Source of the DNA: Octopus sinensis
Taxonomy: Eukaryota
Assembly (NCBI RefSeq): GCF_006345805.1
Contig: NC_043011.1
Location: 41,056,464-41,120,463 of the forward strand
Length of the DNA stretch: 64,000 bases
Reading direction: 5' to 3'
A program made the translations under genes and the position numbers. Numbering within the stretch: the first letter of the stretch is position 1; every line of letters starts with the position of its first letter. Positions 13,791-26,519 of the stretch are shown here, piece after piece. Below the pieces are notes generated by a model. That model saw nothing but the letters and a program-made list of their open reading frames with translations, searched no databases and had not been told where the DNA came from.

Positions 13791-14529
13791 ATCATGGAAT
13801 GTGGAAGACTATAAAATTGGTAGAATGTCAGAGAAATGATCATGTTGTATGGTAGATTGGTAGATGTGGTTGAACGTCGTCAGACATGTAATACTTTTGG
13901 CATAATGTACAGAAAGATACAAACAACAGACTGGCAGATTTGGTTGAGGGAGAGAGAAACGGTCGTTTTTTGACGGACAGAGCAACGTACAATACGATAA
14001 ACAGAATTGCCACAGCATCAAACCGAATTCCTTGCAATATATTAATAACATACGGCTTAGGTTCCGAGTTCGAATTTCACTAGTTAATTTAACCGTTCAC
14101 TCTTCGTAGATCGATAAAATTAAAATGCCAGTGAAATAGTGGGGTCGACACAATAGACTGTGACATTTGAAACACCAACATTTTAGGTGTTTTGCCTAAT
14201 TAAGAAGTCAATATTTTTAGCTACGACTCTTTAAATTATGATTTTTATCTGCCAACATGATTCGCCTTCAATTTTCACCTCCTGGGGCCAATAAAATGAA
14301 GTATCGAGTTCAATGAAATCAAGCATAAATCTCGATTTCTAATGTGTAGCGTTTTGCTAACGGTGGTGGGGGGGATAGCGGTAGTAGTGGTTGTGATGGT
14401 GATGGCGATGGTGGTCGTAATGGAGGAAATGGTTATGCTGGAAGAGGTGGTAGTGGTGGTGGTATGGTAGTGATAGTGGTGATAGCAGTCGTAGTGTTGT
14501 TGTTGTTGTTGTAGTTGTTGTTGTTGCTG

Positions 14530-14561
<32 letters not shown>

Positions 14562-14659
14562 GGTAGTGGTAGTGGTGGTGGTGGTGGTGGTGGTGGTGGT
14601 GGTGGTGGTAGTTGTAGCAAAGTATTCTAATTATTATCTGAAAGATTACATTATCGTAT

Positions 14660-14885
14660 TGCTGTTGCTGTTTAGCCCCAGGTAATTAGTTATCGAGCAA
14701 AAGGCCTACCATCAAACGTATTCCAGCCGTGACCACGCTCATTCTTTTTCTCTCTTCTTCTTTAGTACAAGAACCCCCAAATATGCCCTTTTTTTTACGA
14801 TTTAATAGGTCATTTTTATGATTTAAGGGCGATTTTGCTGCTATTTTTAGCCAATCTAGCGACCACATAGTGGCTATCTCATTGT
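14660..14885 (-). mobile_element. Old SINE family D (possibly Nin/Deu-domain) with (CAA)n tail
   Basis: GCTGCTATTT(T/C)TAG core; related copies at ~20880-21075 (+), 21125-21330, 21365-21545 and 22050-22250 (-). Confidence 0.55.
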
Positions 14886-15297
14886 CCTACATGTTATCCC
14901 GTGGCTTGGTTAGTCTCTAACCTCCGACATCATTTTTTTTTCAAACAAAACCAACAAAACAAATAGGGTTCGTTTCGTTCAGATTTATGCCCTTCACAGC
15001 AGTCATTTTTGATGTTCTTAGATTTTTATGAGCAGTCAAGGTCGACACTGTTTTTTAATTAGGCGTTAGTTTATGCCTTTCACTAATCGCCATTGATATA
15101 TTTACCTTTCTTGGAGTGTGGAGAGAAGAATTGCTTGAAGCAGACGACAGGCTTAGCTGCCTTGCTGTCTGACGTCACTTTACTGCCTCACCCCCGCCCC
15201 GTCATCTCTCTATCTCTATTTCTATCGCTCACTACCTCTTGTTTCACTACGCTGTCTTTCTCCCCCTCCCTTTCTCTAGCTTCCTCTTGTTTCACTA

Positions 15298-15341
<44 letters not shown>

Positions 15342-16006
15342 CTATCACATTGTCTTGTTTCACTACCCAATCTCTTCCACTCTCCCTCTCTCTCCTCTCT
15401 TTCCCCTGTCCCCTCTCATGTATTCTCCTCCTCCTCCTACTTCCCCTCTTTCTTTCTCTCCCAATCACTCATTTTCTTTCTCTTCCCATTCTCTTCTATG
15501 CATGCAATTCTTTCTCTCTCTTTCACACTTACTCTCTCTTTCACACTTACTCTCTCTCTCATTCTCACTCTCTCTCTCCCACTCTCTTCTTTTATATCCT
15601 TATTCCCCTCTTCTTCGCATCCTTCTTCCCAAACTTTCCATTCACTTCAGATCGCCATTTGACACTATCACCACCACCACCACCACCACCACTATAAATA
15701 CAGTTATCACCACTTCCACTACAGCCTGCACCTCTATAGCCATCACAACTACTATCGTCATAACCACTACTACAACCACCACAACCACTTCTACACTACA
15801 ACTTCTACCACCACCATTACAACTACCGCCAAAACCAATACCACACTTAACACAACTACCATCACCACTACCACCACCACCACCACAACAACATCAACAA
15901 CAAACGCTACCACCACCTCCACCATCACTGCTACAACATCAACTACCACCACCTAAACTACTACCATTACCACTACTACTACAAACGCCACCACCACCAC
16001 CACCAT

Positions 16007-16042
<36 letters not shown>

Positions 16043-16329
16043 AATCGCCACCACCACCACCACCACCACCAGAGGTCACTATATCACTTCCATCTCTATG
16101 ATTAGGTAATAAAACTGTTTTGATTGGTTGTGGTGTAATTGACGTTGCCATTTACGAGAGGTCACATGACATTTTATTTGTGTCGTCGGCTGGGACTGAA
16201 CCATCGTCAGCAAAATAACGAGGTGACTATGTGTGAAGGGCAGCACTTAATGGCTGACCCATTATTAGGATAGTTGAGGGTGGTGAGATGGTGGCGGTGT
16301 TAGTGGCGTTGGTGTCTGTTGCAGTGGTA

Positions 16330-17060
16330 ATGCAGGGAGTGGTGGTGGTGGTGGTGGTGGTGTGTAGGTGGTAGTGATGGGGGATGATGGTGATGGTGGT
16401 GGTGGTTGTGGTGATGATAATGATGTTGGTGATGGCAGTGGTGGTGGTGGTGATGGTGACAGCGACGATGGTGGCGGTTGTTGCTGTTGTTGTTGGTGGT
16501 GTGTAGGTGGTAGTGATGGTGATGATGGTGATGATGGTGGTGGTGGTGATGGTAGTGGTGGTGGTCGTCGTCGTCGTGGTGGCGGTTGTGGTGATGATAA
16601 TGATGTTGGTGATGGTAGTGGTGGTGATGGTGGTGGTGGTGGTGGTGATGGTGACGGCGACGATGGTGGTGGTTGTTGCTGTTGTTGGTGGCGGTACGTA
16701 GGTGGTAGTGATGGTGATGATGGTGGTGGTGGTGGTGATGGTAGTGGAGGTGGTGGTGGTCGTCGTCGTCGTCGTGGTGGCGGTTGTGGTGATGATATTG
16801 ATGTTGGTGGTGGTGGTGGTGGTGGTGATGGTGACGGCGACGATGGTGGTGGCTGTTGCTGTTGTTGTTGGTGGTGTGTAGGTGGTAGTGATGGTGATGA
16901 TGGTGATGATGGTGGTGTGGTGGTGGTGGTGATGGTAGTGGTGGTAGTGGTCGTCGTCGTGGTGGCGGTTGGTGATGGTGACGGCGACGATGGTGGTGGT
17001 TGTTGCTGGCGGTGGTGGTGTAGGTGGTAGTAGTGGTGGTGGTGGTGGTGGTGGTGGTGG
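16330..17060. repeat. Compound GGT/GAT/GTC minisatellite with 140-195 bp higher-order units
   Basis: GTAGGTGGTAGT anchor recurs at 16364, 16503, 16698, 16878 and 17020. Confidence 0.8.
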
Positions 17061-17813
17061 TGATGGCGACAATGTTTGTAGTAATAACGTAGGGAGCGAT
17101 GGTTTTGGTGGTGGTTTTGATATTGGTGGTGGTGCGGTGATGATGTTAATGGCGGTGGTGGTATGATGCTGCAGTATTGGTTGCAGTGGTGGTGAAATAG
17201 TTTTAGTGGTAGTTGTGGCGTAGTGATGATTGTAGCGGTGATAGTACGACAGTGGTACGGCAATGTAATGGTGTTGTAGTAACAGTAGAAGTATGCTAAT
17301 GGTATGGTATGATGTTATATAGTAGTGGCGAGGTGGTCGTTGATAATGATGTTGGTCGTAGTGGTGATGGTGGTGAGATGGTCTTGGTAGTAGTAGTGTG
17401 GTGGTGCTGACGTTAGTGATAAGTGCTGTCATGGTTACTGATAGTAGTGGTGGCGGTGGCGATGGTGGTGGTAGTGATAATGGTGGTGATGGTTATGGAG
17501 GTGGTGGTTGTGATGGTGGTGGTGCTCGTAGTGGTGGTAATGGTTATGCAGGTGGAGGCGGCGGTGACGGTGGTGGTAACGGTGTTAGTGTGGATGATTG
17601 TGATGGTGATGGCGACGATTCTAGTAGCGGCGGTGGTAGTGACGGTGGCAGTGGCGGTGGTGGCGGCGGTGGTCGTGATGGTGGTGGTGGTGGTGGTGGT
17701 GGTGGTGGTGGTGGTGGTGGTAGTGGATATGGTGGTGGTGGTGGTGGTGGTGGTGGTGGTGGTGGTGGATATGGTGGTGTTGCGTGGATGGTATTAGATG
17801 GCGGTATTAAATG

Positions 17814-18043
17814 ACGGTGAGCTGGCAGAAACGTTAGCACGCCGGGCGAAATGCTTAGCGGTATTTCGTCTGCGTTAAGTTGTGAGTTCAAATTCCACCG
17901 AGGTCGACTTTGCCTTTCATCCTTTCGGGGTCGATAAATTAAGTACCAGTTACGCACTGGGTCGATGTAATCGACTTAATACCTATGTCTGTCCTTGTTT
18001 GTCCCCTCTGTGTTTAGACCCTTGTGGGTAATAAAGAAATAGG
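17814..18043 (+). mobile_element. SINE family B (Meta-domain-like)
   Basis: GAGCTGGCAGAAACGTTAGC head, GAGTTCAAATTCC B-box, GGTCGACTTTGCCTTTCATCCTTTCGGGGTCGATAAATTAAGTACC central domain; many copies. Confidence 0.85.
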
Positions 18044-18183
18044 TATTAGATGACGGTGCTAACGCTGCTGATGAAAGTGGTGATGCTCTTAGGCGTGTTG
18101 GTGGTGTTGAAGACGTTTTAAGGGTGATGGTCGTGGTAGGATTGGTGTCTCGGTCTACATTTATAAGAAATCTTTATTACTGT

Positions 18184-18330
18184 GGGCGCGGAAGTGGCTG
18201 TGTGGGTGGGAAGAAGCTTCCTTATTAACCACATGGTCCCGGGTTCAGTTCCATTGTGTCTTCTACTAAGACCTTGCGCCAACCAAAGCCTTTTCAGTGA
18301 ATTTGGTTGGCGGAAACTGGAAGAAACCCG
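18184..18330 (+). mobile_element. SINE family A head fragment
   Basis: GTGGCTGTGTGG...GGGTTCAGTTCC...CCAAAGCCTT. Confidence 0.65.
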
Positions 18331-18591
18331 TCCGGCTATCGCGGGTGTTACGTTCCAAAGCCCCAAGCGATAGGTGAAGATCCACGAAGTGGAAACTGTG
18401 CTGTATATATATTTTTTATATTTTGTATATATTTATTTTATTATAAATGCAAAACAACACCACACACTCGCCTCCCGAGTTTCGTTTTCCATACAGTATG
18501 TGCGATTCTTTGTTTATTCATCTACGGTACACTACGTATTTTCTTTTAATATATTTTAATTAATGTACTGTATTTTTATTTATTAATTTAA

Positions 18592-18880
18592 CTAGCTGGC
18601 CCCGTGCCGTAAAAAATTACGGCTAATTATAGTATTTTATCTGTAGATAAGGTACACAACCAAGTTTTTAGTTTAATAATTCTTTTATTACCAATTTTTT
18701 TGTGAAAAATCTATCCGCAATTAACATCCCTTAACTGCTTATTTCCTTTAAAAGAATTTTTAGAGTTTTTCTTCCTTCTTGTACAACACGAGGTCGCATA
18801 AAGGTGGCCGTGATTAAATACAGGAGCTGGCAAGTAAATACCAACATTTTCGAAGCGGCGTTTCCTTTCAATTGCGTTCT
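18592..18880 (-). mobile_element. Helitron 3' end with Pif1-like helicase remnant
   Basis: Minus translation FENVGIYLPAPVFNHGHLY matches the Helitron helicase C-terminal motif; GCCGTAA/TTACGGC hairpin then CTAG followed by T. Confidence 0.75.
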
Positions 18881-19025
18881 CCATTACTGAAACCAACCTA
18901 AATTCATACGACCTAAAGCCACAAAAAGCAGTCCATGTCTTATAGCTGATGTAAAACTTTGGAAGGTTTCTAAGCAAAAAGAAGGGGGGAAAATAGTAAA
19001 GTTTGGTATTCCATCTTGTCTCAGA

Positions 19026-19325
19026 AACTCCCTATTCAAAATAAATTAGGTACATGTATGAACTCCCTATTCAAAATAAATTAGGTACATGTATGAACTG
19101 TTAAATGTGTATTAATAATATACTTTTCAACTGCAGTCGTTTTATATTTTTGGTACAAGACTCCCTATTCAAAATAAATTAGGTACATGTATGAACTCCC
19201 TATTCAAAATAAATTAGGTACATGTATGAACTCCCTATTCAAAATAAATTAGGTACATGTATGAACTGTTAAATGTGTATTTATAATATACTTTTCAACT
19301 GCAGTCGTTTTATATTTTTGGTACA
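19026..19325. repeat. 35-bp tandem repeat with higher-order structure
   Basis: AACTCCCTATTCAAAATAAATTAGGTACATGTATG x2, ~63-bp spacer, x3, spacer again. Confidence 0.9.
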
Positions 19326-19572
19326 CTCAGGCGATAATTATTTTTCTCTAATGAGTTTGTATATGTTTGTGTATGTGTGTGTGATTGTAATAATTATTTT
19401 TAACAAAACAAATGGAATATGGATGGTAAATGAAATTAATACATTTGTCAATGTTATCTGGTGGTTGTCTTTTGAGATGTGACATCGATCATCTTTCGTA
19501 ACTGAAAGAACGCTAGTTCACACATACACTCACATGCTTCCCTTGTACATACACACACATTCACACATGTAC

Positions 19573-19785
19573 TTTTCTACTCGAGGCAGAAGGCCCGACA
19601 TTTTTGGGGAGGGGGCCAGTCGATTAGATCGACCCCAGTACGCAAATGGTACTTAATTTATCGACTCCGAAAAGATGAAAGGCAAAGTCGACCTCGGCGG
19701 AATTTGAACTCAGAACGTAAAGACAAACGAAATACTGCTAAGCATTTCTCACGGCGTGCTAACGCTTCTGCCAGCTCACCGCCTT
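19573..19785 (-). mobile_element. SINE family B
   Basis: Reverse complement of the family B head and central domain. Confidence 0.85.
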
Positions 19786-20189
19786 CACATACTCACATAT
19801 ACTTACACAGAACTGAAACACTCTTTGATTTTTTTCACCCTTTCACCCTTTCCTTTTTTATTCATCTATCACCCTTTCCTTTCTCATTCATATGTTGTGA
19901 CGGAGAAAAACACAAGAGTATTATCATAGCAGAAGATACACGACGCTCTCTTTGCCACTTCCTCTCTTTCATTACTATTACTTTCTCTCATTCCCTCTCA
20001 GTCATGGCTATTACTCTCACTACTTCTCCTTCACTGAATTACAATTTTCTCTCCTCTCTCTTCACTTACGACTACTGTTTCTCCTAGTCCCTCCTACTGC
20101 GTGATTTTGGACATATATATATCAAAACACTACGCTCATTATTATATTGGATTTTAGGCGTGAAAATGCTTATTTTACCACTGAGATAA

Positions 20190-20323
20190 TTAAAATCTAA
20201 AAAATATATAAATACCTATCGGCTGCAGAATCCCGCGATATAAATTTACATATATTAGCCAGAAAAATCCGCGATATACTGTGAGCGTGATTGGTGAACC
20301 GCGATATGGTGAGTAATTACTGT
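20190..20323. mobile_element. pogo/Tigger-like MITE end
   Basis: Repeated CCGCGATA subterminal motifs ending ...TTACTG-TA. Confidence 0.45.
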
Positions 20324-20414
20324 ATACATATACACGTTTGTGTTTGTGAGTGTGTGTATGTGTGAGTGTGTGTGAGTGAGTGAGTGAGTGTGTGTGTGCG
20401 TGCGTGCGTCTGTG

Positions 20415-20645
20415 TTACTTTATGTTTGTGTTTGTCCTCCACCACTGCTTGACAACTGGTGTTGGTGTGTTTACATCCCTCGCGACTTGCGCTTTGGCAA
20501 AAGAGACTGACAGAACATGTACCAGGCTTTAAAAAAAAAGAAAAGATGCAATGGGATCGATTCATTCGGTTAAAAATTCTTCAAGGCCGTGCTCCAGCAT
20601 GGCCACAGTCGAATGACTGAAACAAATAAAAGGCTAGAGATAAAG
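20415..20645 (+). mobile_element. SINE family A, 3' half
   Basis: GCTTGACAAC...CCAGCATGGCCACAGTCGAATGACTGAAAC. Confidence 0.75.
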
Positions 20646-21543
20646 CCTTCATTAAGATGTCGCTAAACGCATTACAGTCGGCGAAACGGTTTCGATCCCA
20701 ATAAGAGCCACAACTCTTAACCATTGTATTTTGCTAAATTTCTGAGACAAGATGGCATACCAAACTTAACTATTTCCCCCCTTCTCTTTGCTTTGAAAAC
20801 TTCTAAAGAGAAAATTCTCTCCAGCCATGACTACCACCTCTGTTACTACCTCCGCTACTACCACAACCGCTACTATCTTCATTTGACTTGGACCCGCTGA
20901 AAATAGCAGTCAAATCTAAATCAAATTACCCCCTCCTATTCTCAAAACTGACACTTTGGATAATGTAGTCCAAGGTTCCTATTAAATCTAGAAAAGTCAA
21001 AATGGTCACGACCGGAACGCCTTCAGTTACAAGTCTACTATATCAGTTTGGGTCCTAAACTAAACAACAACAACAAGAGGAACAACAGTATCGTTGTTGT
21101 TGTTGTTGTTTGGGGTGGTGGTATCGTTGTTTAGCTCCAGCTTGGCCTTGGTTATACAGTTCTATACAATCAAAAGCGTTCCATCCTTGACTGTCTATTA
21201 GTCTTTTTGTCCACTCATACTCCTATGTGTCCTTCCCTTCTTTTTATTACAGCGTAAGATGCAACTCGGTTTAGATTTGTCCGCTATTTCTTGCAAATTA
21301 ATCGACCATGTAATGGTCCCTTCATTGCATTGACTTCAAGATGCTTCTGTTGCTGTTGTTTCTGTTCTTTAGCCCTTGGTCCATCCTGCTTGAGTAAATC
21401 TTTGAATAAAGAAGACCAAAGACGTTCCAATCATGACTCTTCTGTCCATGCTGACATTGAGTATTTAGGACCATATTATCTAATATGGCCTTCTTTGAAA
21501 AGAACCGTACAGTAAGATAAGACAGACCTTACTGCTATTTCTA

Positions 21544-21945
21544 GGCGCCGGTGTGGTTGTGTGGTAAGAAGTTTGTTTCTCAACCACATGGTGCCAGGTT
21601 CAGTCCCACTGAATGGCACCTCGAGCATGTATCCTCCGCTATAGCCTCGGGCCGACCAAAGCCTTTTCAGTGGATTTGGTAGACGGAAACTGAAAGTAGC
21701 CCGTCGTGTGTGTGTGGGTGGGTGGGTGTTTGCGTGTGTGTTGTGTATTTTTGTCCCCACCTCTACTTCACAACCGATGTTGGTGTATTTGCGTCCCCGT
21801 AACTTAACGTTTCAGCAAAAGAGACCGATAGAATAAGTGCCAGGCTTTTAAAATAAGCACTGGGGTCGATTCATTCAACTAAAAAATTCTTCAAGGCAGT
21901 GCCCCAGCATGGCCGCAGTCTAATGACTGAAACGAGTAAAAAAAA
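21544..21945 (+). mobile_element. SINE family A, near full length
   Basis: Head and tail both present. Confidence 0.85.
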
Positions 21946-22626
21946 TAATAATAAAAAGAAGGGTCGTACGAAAACTGTCGAAGTTTATCGATCGGTTCGA
22001 AATAATGTTGTTGTCGCTGCTGTCATTATTATTCTTAGTATTGTTGTTATTTAGCCACAGGTCAGCTCTCGTTGAACAAATCTTTAATAAAGAAATGTTC
22101 TCGATATCTCTCATCTGTCCTACTTTCCGACACTGTTTACCTAGAACTACATTATCAAATGCGCTTTGATCTAAAAAAAAAAAACAAAAGAACAGATAGC
22201 AAAATTTGAATGAAATCTTGTTGCTTTTTCTAACAAACCAAATGACCACAAAGCTACTTCTATGATCCCCCATCTTGACCCCTAAACCCCTGCATGATTG
22301 GAAATTACTGAGTAAGTGGTTTAATATAACACAACACAGCTATAAAAGACCTAAATCAGTCCCCGAGGGGACTTATATTACGTATTGATGGAGAGCGATT
22401 GGAGGAGGGAGTGTTCAAACTATAATCCCTCAGATAGAGTGATTTCTGATTGGTTGGCATTAATTAATTAATTAATTAGGCAGTCAACTGTTTGGCATTA
22501 ATTAAGCAAGAGAAACGGAAAACTGGCTGATTAATGAATTATAATCTGAGAAGCATTGAATTAATTAACACTTGGCATATTTGGTGAGGACCGAAACTGC
22601 TAACAACCGATCTGGAGATAACGGGG

Positions 22627-22694
<68 letters not shown>

Positions 22695-22745
22695 ATGTGA
22701 ATGTGTATATATATGTATGTTTATGTATATATATATGTATATGTG

Positions 22746-22790
<45 letters not shown>

Positions 22791-22793
22791 GTG

Positions 22794-22832
<39 letters not shown>

Positions 22833-22835
22833 GTG

Positions 22836-22884
<49 letters not shown>

Positions 22885-23964
22885 GTGATAAAAAAACGAG
22901 AGATGAACACAGGAACGAGATGAATATAAAGAGAGGTACGACACACACACAGAGAAGGAAACCTGGTTCTTGTCTGTTGTTTATAAGCTTATCGTAAAGC
23001 AATGTTTAACACTTCTGAGTTGTGTGAGATTTGAAACTGCAAACAACAGATTTGGAGATAACGCGTGGAGCTGGTGGTGGAGAAGACGACGAATAGACAG
23101 GGGAGGAGAAAGGAACAGAAGCGTGAAGGACTTGGAGAGAGAAAGACAAGGAATAAGGGAGAGGGTAGGGAGAAAGAGGAGAAGGAGGAGGAGGAGATGG
23201 AGAAAAATCAGGGAGACATTTTCCTTTCGAAATAATCATTTCGGATTGATTAACACATTCGGCTTGCGTGAAGTTTGAAACTGCTAACAACAGATTTGCG
23301 GATAGAAAGTGTGTATGAGCATGCGTGTGTGTGTGTGTGTGGTGTGTGTGTGTGTGTGTGTTAAAGAGGATAGTAGTGTGAAGTAGAGAGAGAAAGTGAG
23401 AAAGAAAGTAGGGAGAGAGATAAAGAGAGAGAGAGGGGCAAAGACAAAGAGAAAAGTCTTCTAAACCGTGTTAGTCTTATCTTCGCAATTCTACCAGTCA
23501 AAATCTCTCCAACGTCTTCCATCCCCGCCTCCACCCCTACTAACACCACCACCACCAACAACAACAACAACACAATCACCTTATTATTTGCATCACAAAC
23601 ATTAATTTAATCATTCATTTCGTTTAGTATTTTGTTTATATTTAACTGTTGTCAGATATTTACAATTATTTATTCCATCTTATTAGTTGGTTTTAGCTTA
23701 CCTCCCTTTAATCACTCTTCTTTTATTTTATTTATATCTCTTTTTCCAGTTATTTCCACAAAATGATTCTCTTTGCAAAATTTAACTGATGGCTGCATAA
23801 TTACGCTCTCTAGACTTTGAAAGATAAATGGAATTTAAAATTCTTTGCCTTTAAATTTTACTAGTGCGATTCTATTTTCGAGTGTCTTAGAATTAACGCG
23901 ACAATAAGTGGCCTCGAAGAGTCTTTTAGTCTTCGGAAAGTTATGAGTTATGATTTCTATCTTT

Positions 23965-24155
23965 GTACCAGTTCCAGTCATGAGACTGTGGCCATGCTAG
24001 GGCATTGCCTTGGAGATTTAAGTCGAATAAATCGGCTCCGGTACTTTTTTAGAGTCTATTATATATTCTGTTGATCTCTTTTGCTGAATCACTGCTCAGT
24101 TACGTGGACATAGACAAACCACCACCGGCTGTGAAGCGGTGCTGGTGGACAAACA
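23965..24155 (-). mobile_element. SINE family A, 3' half (diverged)
   Basis: CAGTCATGAGACTGTGGCCATGCT reverse tail. Confidence 0.6.
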
Positions 24156-24194
24156 TATTATTCAAAAACACACACACACACACATGGAGATATA

Positions 24195-24253
<59 letters not shown>

Positions 24254-24260
24254 GCACGTA

Positions 24261-24830
24261 TATTACCTTTGTATGGTATTTATTCCCATGCTGGCCACTT
24301 GATAATATCGATATTTAAATATCGATATTATCCTTATTTATAAATTTATATAATGCATCACTATATTCACTGCTGTGGTTATTTTGACCATATCGCGCTT
24401 ATGAGGTGGTTGACGGGCAATTTAACCTGGTCTTGTACATACGTGCATATATATGTATGTATGGACGTTCGTATATGTAAGTATAACGTGTGTTCTGTAT
24501 ATATATATTTGTATTTATGTGCCTATCTGATATATTCAACTGATGAAGGCAAAGCTTATTTGAAGCAAAGCTAGAAATCCAGGATCTTGAATTATCCAGT
24601 AATATCTTTCTGCTAGTTTATTTTGTCTCTCTGTCTTATCTCATGGTGCGATATGAACATTTAAGGTGGTTTTTAGAGTCAGGGTTTTGACTGCTATTTC
24701 GGCATGGTGGTGTCTCTCAGACGCCCTTATTTATAGCTGTAAAAAATTATTACCTTTGTATGGGATTTATTCCCATGCTGGCCACTTGATAATATCGATA
24801 TTTAAATATCGGTATTATCCTTATTCATAA

Positions 24831-24838
<8 letters not shown>
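24261..24838 (+). mobile_element. Non-coding partial-tandem element with hammerhead (retrozyme or Penelope pLTR-like)
   Basis: ~90-bp direct repeats starting at 24261 and 24748 (period 487), internal hammerhead, (TA)n flanks. Confidence 0.65.
24534..24592 (+). ncRNA. Type-I hammerhead ribozyme
   Basis: attcaa-CTGATGA-A-GGC..GCTT/AAGC..GCT-A-GAAATCCAGGATC-ttgaat; perfect 6-bp stem I, AUC site after 24586. Confidence 0.8.
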
Positions 24839-24868
<30 letters not shown>

Positions 24869-25171
24869 AGAGAGAGAGAGAGAGATATGCTACATTTTTT
24901 TTAATAGAGACGGAATCCCATTGGCATATGTCAGGAATCTTTCTGTAGAATACAAGATGGTTCTAAACACTGAAAGAGTTCAAAGAAGCAGAAGAGATGT
25001 CGAGGCTTTAACCAATTTAGAAGCGGAAACTGAAGAATTTAAATTTTTAACAACAACCACCACCACTACTACGACTACAACCCTACAGCCACCAATACTA
25101 CTTTCATCAGGACAACCCCCATCACCTCAACTACTACTACTACTACTGCTGCTACTACTACTACTACTACT

Positions 25172-25230
<59 letters not shown>

Positions 25231-26519
25231 ACTACAGCAACAACCACGGCAATCATTAACACAATAACGACCACTAACATTACCACCACCAACCGCTACC
25301 GCCACCACCACCACCACCACCACCACCACCGCCACCACTACCACCACTACTACTACTGCTATTATACCATTCACAACAACGACCAGTAGCACTTTGACCA
25401 CTACTAGTACCACCACCAATATTACTAATACTACTACTACCTCAACCACAGTAGCTACCTCCACACTCTATCACCGTCACCACTACTACCTTCGTTGCCG
25501 CCACCACCACAACTTTTACTGCAACCTTCACCATCACCAAAACTAATACTACCACCACTACTACAACCGTTACCACATCCACTGCGACCATCACCCTCAC
25601 TTCACCTACTTCTTTTACAACCACAGTAACCACCAGTGCAATGGCTCACCATCAGCACTACTACAACCACCACTGCGACGACGACGACGACCACCACCAC
25701 CACCACCACCGCCACCGCCACCACCGTCTCTACTACCAGATTGTCGTAGGCTTCTTTACTGTTAGTAAAATATCACCAATAGATTATTTAATGGTGTGAA
25801 GTTTTTAAGGAAAATTTATAAATATTTAATCACCTATCCAACCCACTTCTCTCTCTTCTACTTACCTCTTCCCCTTCCTATGATTCTACCTACTCCCACT
25901 CCTATTTTCTTCTCTTCATTTTTTTCTGCATCTCTCTCCCCCTCTCCTTCAATTCTCTATTTTTCATTTCTTCTCTCTACTCTGTCTCTACCTCTCTTTA
26001 TCAGTCTTCTTCTTCTTCTTCTTCTTCTTCTTCTTCTTCTTCTTCTTCTACTCCTCCTCCTCCTCCTCCGCCTCCTTCTCCTTCTTCTTCCTCCTCATTC
26101 ATATTTACCTTAATGTATTTCCTTCCAGCCTTCATTATTTCATATTTTATTGTATATTATTCCTTCTTTCTTACTCTCCCTTCCTTCGTATTTCCCTTCA
26201 ATTCTTCATATTTTTTCTCTTTCTTCACTCAAGCCAGACCTACATCCGGGCCACACTCTACTATCTACTAAATAAGACGGACGTCTTCCCAGACAGACAT
26301 TCAAGGAAACTTTCTTACTTGCGCGGTGAAGAACCGTGAAGAACCGTGAAGAACAAGCATTAACCGCTTAGCTAAAATCTCGTCCAAATTCCATAATTCT
26401 CGTCTTCAGCTCCATAATTCAAGGAATTATGAGACAAATATTTGTTCACAGTGACACTTCTGTTTTCGTCCTTGTATCGTAGAATCAACGTTGGCTGTCA
26501 ATTGTTGCAAGCAGACATC

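Noticed and set aside
19026-19325. CRISPR-like repeat-spacer appearance
   Set aside because: Units are directly adjacent, the two spacers are copies of each other, the context is eukaryotic and there are no cas genes
24915-25050. ORF segment AYVRNLSVEYKMVLNTERVQRSRRDVEAL as a possible exon
   Set aside because: No clear donor site, runs into a trinucleotide repeat, and no recognised homology
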